NCBI RefSeq assembly: GCF_009914755.1
Contig: NC_060936.1
DNA from: the human T2T-CHM13v2.0 reference genome, Homo sapiens
Strand: one strand, 5' to 3'
DNA: 64,000 bases
In this document: piece by piece, positions 55,014 through 64,000 of the stretch
Position numbering within the stretch: the first letter of the stretch is position 1
Layout of the letters: each line of letters opens with the position of its first letter
Position numbers and translations under genes: made by a program
Notes under the pieces: generated by a model
Database searches by the model: none
Seen by the model: the letters and a program-made list of their open reading frames with translations, nothing else
Told to the model about the DNA's origin: nothing

Positions 55014-55092
55014 ACTCATCAAAATGGACAATTTATTACATATATGCAATGGGGAGTTGTATATATGTAATAAATTGTCCATTTTGATGAGT
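55014..55092. repeat. Near-perfect inverted repeat: 36-bp arms, 7-nt loop
   Basis: ACTCATCAAAATGGACAATTTATTACATATATGCAA - TGGGGAG - TTGTATATATGTAATAAATTGTCCATTTTGATGAGT; 35/36 complementary, one G:T. Confidence 0.97.
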
Positions 55093-55929
55093 ATAGAAGC
55101 CAAATAAAGACATACACCCTCTACTTACTTCAGAGAAACCAGGACCAGGTATATAATTATATAATATATTTTACTTATTTATCATATTTATTTTTATCAT
55201 ATTTCTTTTCTCCAATACTATAAGCTTCATAAAGACAGGCATTTTAATCTATTTTGTTAATTACTATATTTTCAGCATCTAGAACACTGCCTGACACTAA
55301 AAGAGATAATCAAGAATATATGTTGAATAAATTTGATACTGCTCTCCAAAATATTGAGTTGTGAACAAAAAATGCAAAAATTAAGAGAGAGTTCAAATTC
55401 ACTCTAGCTGGCAGACAATAATAGTTGAGATGCATGCTGGCAGAACCATTGAGTACTATGAGATGAAGCATCATGCCAGGGTCTTCCTGTCTTTTAGACT
55501 CCAGAGCCCTCTTGATTCCTGCTTGTTTCCCAAAACTGCTTTTGCAGATTCCCCCAAATCTTGGAAGCTACCTGACACTCTTTGTATATGTTCATTTATT
55601 TCTTTAAACAAATCTGGTTTCTCTTTTTGCAACTATGTGGCTGATGCTGAATTGATGCTTGTTCAGTGCCTGTAGAAGAGAGTAACTGCTAAACTCAGAG
55701 CTAGTGGGAACATTATGACAGATGCAGTCTCATTTTGAAGGGGTCACATATGGCTTGAGCTAACCACCTATAGGCTTAAACATCAACTAAACAACTGGAA
55801 AGGCAATTAGATGCATTAAAATCATACTTCTTCTGCTGTAATAACCGTAAGTTCAACAATCACATAAACATCACTGGAGACACCTGTGAGCAATTCCTTG
55901 ATCAGAGATAATCCTTGTCTTTAAAATGG

Positions 55930-56935
55930 TGAGATTGGAAAAGGCAAAAAAACTTTTCATGTCATAAAAAATACTAACAAATGAGAAAATGATTTAAATT
56001 TCTGCTCTTTAAAATATAATTTTAAGAAAATGAAAAGGCAAGCAACAATGGGAGAAAGTATTTGCAATTTCTAACAAAGGACTTATATCCAGAATATATA
56101 AAGAACAGATACATGTATATAATTATGAATTTATGTCAATATAAAGAATATATAAAGGACTCTTACAACTCAATAAAAAGAAGACAAAAAAGCCAATTGT
56201 AAATATGGGCAAAAGTCTTGCATAGTACTTTTACCAAAGAAGACATACGAATGCCACTAAGTACATGAAAATGTCATAAAGTCATCAGGGAAATGCAAAA
56301 TAAATTCTCATACCTTGCTAGTAGGCTTGCAAATTATACAGTCACTTTCAAAAACATGTTATCAAGTTTTATAAAGATATTATTTTAAAGCTCACTGCTT
56401 CTACTCTTAGGTATGCACCCCAAATAAATAAAAGTATGTGTCTACAAAAGGCATACACAAAAATGTTCACTGCAGCTGTATTCAACATAGTCCAAGCTGA
56501 AAACAACCAAATGGTTTACTAACAGGTAAATGGATACACAAATTGTAGTGTATCTATGTGGTGGAATACTACCCAGCAATAAAAATGGAACTACTGATAC
56601 TAAATCAACATGGATAAATTTCAAAACATTATGCTGAGTAAAATAAACCAAACGCAAAAGAGTTTGTGCTATACAATTCATTCTAGTCCTAGAATCAGCA
56701 AAACTAATCTGTAGTGATGGAAATGGGATTTTGGTTACCTGATGCAGGAATCAGTAGGGCAAGAATGGGCTGACTGCAAAAACCATGGCAGAAATCTCTG
56801 TGGTGGTGGAAATAATGGATAACTTGACTGGGTTAGTGATTAGACGAAGTATATATTTGTCAAGCTCCTAAAATGTAAACTTGGAATGTGTGTGCTTTAT
56901 TATATGTAAATAATACCCATCTCAATAAAATTGAT
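55930..56935 (+). mobile_element. Old L1 (L1MC/ME-like) 3' region
   Basis: aaaatgaaaaggcaagc...gggagaaagtatttgcaa...aaatgttcactgcagc...ctcaataaaa. Confidence 0.8.
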
Positions 56936-57199
56936 AAAGAAGCAGATAGATTGTTTGAATACAAAAAGCATGAGGCAGAATGTGGTAGAAGCTACTCAAT
57001 GACTGATAGAAATTTACATGGAAATGGAGGGAAGAAATTATTTTCATCTGGGGAAGTCTGCAAAAGCCTCATGGGAGACATGGTGTTTGAGCAGAGGCTC
57101 AGGTCTGGATGGCATTTCAATATTAGATGATGGAAAGAGCACAGAGTGTGTATAGGGGATAACAAAGAATCAAGTATGGCTGGGGTGCATCCTAAATTC

Positions 57200-59620
57200 C
57201 TTAGTCGATTCAGCAAATATTTTACTGATAGCCTGCTAGAAGTAGGCACTCCCTTAAGAGATAAAATGAAGTACCTGTTTTCGTGGCTCTTATATTCTAA
57301 TGTGGAGAGACATATGTGAAATAAACATAAAATATCAGCTAGTGCACTATAAAGCTGGGCAAAGGGGAGAGAACATACAGGGATGGGTGTGGGATATCTC
57401 TGTTAGATAAGGTAGCCAGCAAAGTTCTCTCTGAGAGGGTGACATTTGAGCAGAATCAGGAATAAAGTAAGACAAAGCACTGCAGATATCTGGAGAAAGT
57501 ACATTTCAGATGAAGGAAAAGCACAAGCCTTGAAGAGGGAGCATGACTAGCGTATTTGGGGAACTGCAGTGAGCAAGGGAGGATGTAGTGGCTCCAGAAC
57601 AGGAACAAAGAGAAGGCAACACATCTGGAAAGTAGTGGGGATTGTAGGGGAAGGCAGAGCTCATAGGGTGGTGCTTCTTATTAGCATGTAACATGAACCA
57701 CCTGGGGATCTTATTCATCTGCAAAGTTGACTCAGCCGATCTGGGAGTAGGGCCTGAGATTTTGCATTTCTAACAAGCTCACAGGCAATGTAATGCTTGC
57801 TGTGACACTTTTTATGTAGACAAATTGTAAGGCCTTGGAGGATACCTTAAGGATTAGCATCATCTGCCAGCTCTGTCTAGGGTAGCAAGGCAGAGTAGGG
57901 GAAAACGGGAGGCTATCGAAATACGTTCAAGAGATTATAGTGGTTTGGACTAGGATGGCTATGGAGGAGGCAACAAGAAAACGTTAAAATTTTGATATAT
58001 TTTAAAAATGAAGCTGAGTGGGCTTTTCCAACAAATTAAATTTGCCACATGAGAGTAAGAGAGAGGTCAAGAATTACACCAAGGATTTGATTCTAGCAAG
58101 TGAAATAGTATATGAGTCTATAGTTCAGGGAAAAGCTCCAAGGTTGGGATATAAATTTAGGAGCAGTGAGGGTATGGATGGTACTTGTTGCCATGGAATG
58201 AGGTGAGATCACAAACTCAGTGTAGAGAGGAGATGTCCTAACACTGACCCTGGGTGAACTCTGAAATTTAGGAGATTAGGTGGAACCAGTAAAGGAGACT
58301 GAGGATAAGTGGCCAGTGAGGTGTGTGAATCAAGTACATGGTGTCCCAGATGCAAAATCATGATAGTTTTTCAAGAAAAGAGTGATCATTGTGTGGAATC
58401 TACCAATAAGTTGATGAAGATGGACCTGAGAATGCTCAATGGATTTGGCAAGGTAGGGAGGGACCACTGGTGACCTTGACAAGTACTGTTTTGCTAGAAT
58501 GGTGGGTATGAAAGACTGATTAGAATGAGTTTTAGAAAGAATAAGAGAGGAGGAAGTGGAAAGAGTGAGCTCCTACAGCTCTTTGGTGGAGCTTTGCTAT
58601 AATAAAGAGCAGAGACTGAGATGTAGATAAAAGCAAGATCATGGAAATAATTTTTATAATGGGAATTATTAATGTAAGGTGTATGTCAATAGCCATGATT
58701 TAGTGGAGAGTGAAAGATAAGGGATAATTGCAGGGTGAGGTTCTTGAAGAGGTGAGAGAGCAAAGTATTCAGGACACAGGTAGAGAGAGTGGCCTCAGAG
58801 CCATAGGTGCAGGTGGGAAGGTAGGATTTAGATCTAGCAAAGTGGTAGATGGGATGTGAGCTTGTGGAAGTTCTCACTGGTTCAATTTTTTTTTTTTCAG
58901 TGAAGGAGGAAACAGGATCATCAGCTAAGAATAGGGAAAAAGATGCTAGAGGTCTGACATACATTGTGACATAGTTGTTCCAGAGGATAGGAGGAAGGCT
59001 ATACCAGTGAAATGCTATCGGATTGGCAGGCAACACAGAGGTAAGTTTGGGATTTAGAGAGAGAAAAGTTAAGATCGTTTTTGTCTTTTTCTCCAAACAT
59101 GAAATAAACTGTGTGAGTGTAGGTTGAGAATAGGCTGTGAGTTTGAGTTAAACTGGGTTTTGCCAGACAAATATGATTCAGGAAGAGAAAGGCATAGAAG
59201 ATGAACGTATATGAAAACAACAATTAAAGTGATAAGATATTGAGAATAAGTAGATAAGAAGGAAAGAGAAGACATTTGAAAAATTGAGAGATAATGTCAA
59301 GGCGATCATTTGATTGTATTTGTCTCTGTGAGTATGGTCAAAGAAGTTTGAAATTTAGATAATAAACTGATTAATAGGAGGTTGTAATCAGAGACAAGAA
59401 AGGCTAGAATTCATATCATGGAGGTTGTCTGGTTATCAATACTAGTGTGTCCTAGGGTTTGCTCTGAGAGAAGGCATTCTTTCAGTATTGATGAAGGTGA
59501 AATTATTGCTGAGGAGGTTAAGGGGCTGAGAGACCGAGATATTGGAGGGATCATCTATATAGACATTGAAATCACCAGAGTTAGGACAAAAGGAAGGAAA
59601 GTCTCCAGTTTGGGAACTTA
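57200..59620 (-). mobile_element. Long L2 remnant (with MER5A at ~57690-57810)
   Basis: Antisense L2 terminus ttcagcaaatattttactg...aggcac, gagggtgacatttgagcaga, ggatttggcaagg...ggtgaccttgacaag; purine-rich + strand. Confidence 0.75.
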
Positions 59621-59622
59621 CT

Positions 59623-59624
<2 letters not shown>

Positions 59625-59654
<30 letters not shown>

Positions 59655-59917
59655 GATATTATATGTATTATATATTATACACGTGCCATGGCACGTGTAT
59701 ACCTACGTGACAAACCTGCACATTCTGCACATGTATCCCAGAACTTAAAGTACATATATTATACATATATGGCACGTGCATACCTTCATAACAAACCTGC
59801 ACATACCTATGTAACAAAACTGCACATTCTGCACATGTATCCCAGAACTTAAAGTACATATATATGTATACATAATGTATATATGTATAATATATAATAC
59901 ATATAAAATATATATAC
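59625..59917. repeat. (TG)n/(TA)-rich tract containing tandem L1PA 3'-terminal fragments and a 26-bp palindrome
   Basis: Copies of atggcacgtgtatacct...aaacctgcaca(ttctgcacatgtatcccagaacttaaagta) at 59687-59752, 59769-59803 and 59804-59856. Confidence 0.9.
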
Positions 59918-60419
59918 AGTATTAATTTCCTATTACTGCTGCAACAAATAACCACAAACTTAGTGACTTAAAGCAAAGCATACTTATTATTTTAGAGCTC
60001 TGTTGGCTAGGGTTCAATATGGATGTCACTGGGTTAAAATTGGGGTGTCAGTAGACATATGTTTCTGGAGCTCTGGGGGAGTATTTGTTTCCTTGCTTTT
60101 TTCAGTTTGTAGAGGCCTCCTGCATTCATTGGCTCATGCTTCGTACTTCTTTTACAAAGCCAGCAACATTTCACCTTTCTTGTCACACTTCTGTAGTCAA
60201 ATTTCCCACTGACCATACTTGGGAAAGTTTCTATGCCTGTAAGAACTCATATGATAAGAATAATCCCACACAGATAATCGAACATAATCTCCCCATCTCC
60301 AGGTTCATGATTTAGTCACATTTGCAAAGTCCCTTTGTCACATAACATAGCACATTCGTAGGTTCCTGGAAATAGGCTGTGGACTTCTTTTGGGGGGGTG
60401 CATTATTCATCCCACCACA
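59918..60419 (-). mobile_element. MLT1C/D-like MaLR LTR
   Basis: gtattaatttcctattactgctgcaacaaataaccacaaacttagtgacttaaa...cattattcatcccaccaca. Confidence 0.85.
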
Positions 60420-60619
60420 CCTGGCTGAGGTGCCCCGAGCGGCGCAGTCTCTTAGAGATTGTCCTGATTGCCGTGCATCTCTTCTTTCTAATTATTATTT
60501 AGCATTCCTTTTGCATGGTCCCAATCACTCTATCATTATATTATCCATTTAAATTTAACTATACGAGGAGCAGAATTACTGGCATGTAACCAATGTCTCT
60601 CACTTCCTCCTACTGCTGA

Positions 60620-61400
60620 TAGTGAAGTTTCTGTTACGTTTCATTTAGTATGTCTTTCTCATAATATGAGTGTTTTTCTCAGACATAATTTCTCATAAGT
60701 GAGTTTTGCTCAGACAAGATAGTAGCATAGACATTATGTGAATTCTTGCACGTTCTCAAATATCTTTCATCCTAACTGATAAAGAATATTATCCCAAGAT
60801 ATGAGATTCTTAGGCTGCAGTTCTTTTTTTCCATCAGTCTGTAGGGTTTTTTTCGAGTGTCTAGTTTTTATTGTCACTACTGAAAGCTCTGATACAAAAC
60901 TGTTTTTCCTTTGTAAGTCATTTTTATTCCTCCTGGTAATTTGTAAGTGTTCTTCCTCTTATTCTTAGAGCTCAGAAATGTTATCTAGATACGCCTAGTT
61001 TTGTGTCTTTCTTTTTAATTTATTTCTCTCTGGATTCCAGCAAACCCTCTAATTTGCAGATTCAGATTCCAGTTATCCTTTAACTTAGATAAATGTCCTT
61101 CCCTTTACAAAAATTATAGCCCCTCTTACATATATTCTTTTTACTTCTTTTGGAATTCTCATTATTTGTAAGTTATGCCAATTAGATCTGCCTCCTAAGC
61201 TTTTTACATATTCCGTGATGGTTTTATCTGTTTGTATTTTTTTCTCTATATTTTCAAATATTTCTTCCATTTAATCATTTGGACTTCAAATTTGAGCCTT
61301 AATAGCGGTAATTATTTTTAAAAGTGAATTTATTAAATGTTTTAGGTTGAAGATCAGTCCTTTGAGGAGTTATAATTGAATGTTTTTAAAGACACTTGGG
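60620..61400 (-). mobile_element. Ancient L1/HAL1 ORF1-region remnant
   Basis: Minus-strand ORF 61085-61270 (...LGGRSNWHNLQIMRIPKE) resembles the L1 ORF1 'RSRR.NI.I.GIPE' motif; T-rich + strand. Confidence 0.55.
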
Positions 61401-62274
61401 TTCCCTCAGAGGATTATTCTAGTTTTTTGCCCACACTTAGATTTATCACTGGGGCTCAAAATGTGCTTCTGATACTCCTGGAACATCAGCATTCCCTTGG
61501 GTGCTGGTGAAGATATAGCAGTTTCTGTTCTTGTGGGCTAATTTGGAAAATTGTCAGTTCCCCACTGGGACTCCAGGAAAAAACTCTGCTTTGCTGCCTA
61601 TCAAGGTATAAAGCCAACTGGTCTCCCCACTTCAGAGAAAGACCGTGCTCAGCCCAGTACGGAACTCTCCTGAAATGCCTTAGAAGACAAGGATGCCAGC
61701 AGGTCCTCAAAGAACAGTCAAGCAGAATGGTACCACTGTTGCTTTGTTCTGTGTTGTTTTGTCTTTTAAAGAATCTATGGATATCTATGGGCCAAACTCA
61801 ATCCAGGATCCAAAAGCCTCACTTTCTCCCTCTAAAATGGGAAAAAGATTTCTGATAGAAGAAAATGATGTATGCCAAATGCAAAAATAAAAGTAAATGC
61901 TGTGAGAAAAGTATTGGTAGTTGTAATTTCTCTTCTTATTCTCAGATTAAAATGTTAAAAACATTTAATCTTCTAGCTTGAGACAGACAAATTTATACAA
62001 GTTCATGTCTATTAATTTATTTAATTTCCATAAAACAGACTTAAAGCAAGTATTATTCTTTGTAGATAAGAAAAATGTTGCTCAGAGAACTCAGTAAACT
62101 TTTACAAAATCCCCAAAAGTTGTAGGACCAGGATTCAAATCCAGGCCTTTGAACTCTAGTTCCAATGTGCTTTCCACTATTCCACAGAATTGCCCTTACA
62201 ATGTGATATTATGTCCTCAGGCTTTACAGAGTATCAATTCAAGAGCCATCCATGCTCACAGCATTATTTATCTA

Positions 62275-62592
62275 TTGAAACTATAGATTCAGGGGTGTAT
62301 GTGCAGGTTTGTTACATGGGTATATTGTACAATGCTGGGTTTGGCCTTTAGGGAACCCTTCATCCAAATAGTGAAGGTATTATCCAATAGGTAGTTTTTC
62401 AACCCTTGCCCCCATCCTTTCCTCCCTCTCAACTTTTGGAGTCCCAGTGTCTAGTGTTTCCATCTTTATATCCACGTGTGTACCCAGTGTTTAGCTCTCA
62501 CTTATAAGTGAGAACATGTGGTATTTCATTTTCTGTTTCTGTGTTATTTCACTTAGGATAATGGCCTCCAGCTGCAGTAATGTTGCTGCAAA
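62275..62592 (-). mobile_element. L1PA15-17-like 3' fragment
   Basis: gattcaggggtgtatgtgcaggtttgttacatggg...gagaacatgtggtattt...gttgctgcaaa. Confidence 0.88.
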
Positions 62593-63513
62593 CTAGCAGC
62601 ACTTAAGCATCTTTTGAAAGTCATAGCATCTTATTTAATGACTCATACAATAAATTCATGTTTGGATTTAGTTTATGAAAGAAGTTTCTCTACTAACAAA
62701 TTTGAATGTTTTCTTCTGCCAGAAAGTCAATGCTTCATAACTCACATCTTCTTTCTTTTCTTTACTGCCAGGAAATTTAATTCAGCTAAATTTAAGACCT
62801 AATTACGGTAATCAAATCATCTTGGGTAACTGATAACACTGAATTCCTTTACTTCTGAAATGTAAGGGATTGTCTTCTTTTTATAACTTTTTTTCTTGAA
62901 AGTATCAACAAATAATTTTGAATAAAATAGTATAAATTGACAATAAATAAAAATGAGTTGCTTTGTTCTGCACTTTTTAACAGGTATTAAGGGGTTCTGA
63001 ATCTAGAAACAACTTACCGGGGATGGGTAAGAAGAAAGGCAGAGAGTTAACCTGCTCTCCTTAAGCAATTCAGGAGAATTTGGAAGGTTAGGAAGGATGT
63101 CTTTTGGGGAGGAGAGACAAAGGATAGGAGATTGAAAGAAAGAGAAAGCAGTATACCAATGCTGGGCATAGAGAGCTCACACAGAAGAGACGACTGGAGA
63201 AGATCCCTCAGGAGATCTCGATGCAGAGCCCAGGGACTGATGTGCATTGTGCACTCTCAACTGACTCCTGTGATTCTCCCTAAGCTCCTGTCCCTCGCCT
63301 TTTACTACTGGTCACATCAAAACAGCTCCAGTACAGCTACCTCCCCTAGCATTCATCTAGAATGTGGAAACTCATGCCTTCTTGCTCCCTCATGCCTCCT
63401 TGCTTTTGAATCCCTGTTAAGGCAGGCTGGTTGAACCTCCTTTCTACCTTTAGGCTTCTCTAAAAATAAAGAATTCAGCAAAATAATGTATGTCCCCAAT
63501 ATCAGACGATGGT

Positions 63514-63815
63514 TGATATAGTTTGGATGTTCCCTCCAAATCTCATATTGAAATGTGATCCCTAATATTGGAGGTGAGGCATGGTAGGGGGTGTTTGGGT
63601 CATGAAACAGATCCTTCATGAATGACTTGGTGCCCTCCCCATGCTAATGAGTTGCCATGAGATCTGATTGTTAAAGAGTCTGACACCTCTCTCATCTCTC
63701 TCTTGCTTCTTCTCTCACCATGTGACATGCCTGCTCCCCTCTTCACCTTCTGCCTTGAGTGAAAGCTCCCTGAGGCCTCATCAGAAGCCAAGATGCTGGC
63801 ACCATGCTTGTACCA
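63514..63815 (+). mobile_element. MSTB-like MaLR LTR (3'-truncated)
   Basis: tgatatagtttggatgtt...aaatctcatattgaaatgtgatccc...gaagccaagatgctggcaccatgctt. Confidence 0.85.
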
Positions 63816-63899
63816 TAAACCTGTACCTGAGAGAAGTGCATAGACCTATAGAAGTAAAGTCAAAAGACCCTACCCAACCTTCTCTATAGTCACATCTAC

Positions 63900-64000
63900 T
63901 AGGGATGCTGTGTAGAAAATGGAATGTTTATACACTGCTGGTGGGAATGTAAATTAGTTCAGCCACTGTGGAAAGCAATCTGGAGATTTCTCAAAGAACT
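63900..64000 (+). mobile_element. L1 (L1PA/PB) 3' ORF2 region, continues beyond the window
   Basis: tacactgctggtgggaatgtaaattagttcagccactgtggaaagc...ggagatttctcaaagaact. Confidence 0.85.

Noticed and set aside
59687-59856. CRISPR-like repeat-spacer array
   Set aside because: The repeats are L1PA 3'UTR sequence without unique regular spacers, the context is mammalian, and there are no cas genes.

Overview
This is mammalian (human-like) genomic DNA: AT-rich, CpG-depleted and rich in Alu, L1, L2, MIR and MaLR repeats. The first 18.4 kb hold the 3' end of TMEM117 on the + strand: a 130-nt penultimate coding exon (5262-5391), an 11.3-kb intron, a terminal exon coding to a TAG at 17339, and a ~1.1-kb 3'UTR with AATAAA at 18404. 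TMEM117 was recognised from the protein sequence from memory. The remaining ~45 kb is intergenic and dominated by transposon relics. These include an LTR16/ERVL-type provirus remnant with nested MST and THE1 LTRs (28.5-32 kb), a 10-kb nest of L1 elements (38-48 kb), several Alus with target-site duplications (TSDs), and MLT2/MLT1/MST LTRs, L2, MIR and MER5/MER53. Nearly all other listed ORFs are repeat-derived or chance. I see no convincing new gene or multi-gene system. The most unusual signals are small-scale. (1) An unexplained 79-nt near-perfect hairpin (36-bp arms) beside short local repeats at ~55.0 kb. (2) A 26-bp perfect palindrome heading a tandem array of L1 3'-end fragments at ~59.7 kb. 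(3) A ~45-bp ERVL pol fragment patched into a deletion that removes an L1 RT active site. (4) An out-of-order second ERVL RT motif. (5) A duplicated TTAATGCAG acceptor 19 nt upstream of the last TMEM117 exon. Repeat subfamily names come from recalled consensus sequences, and boundaries of old repeats are approximate.
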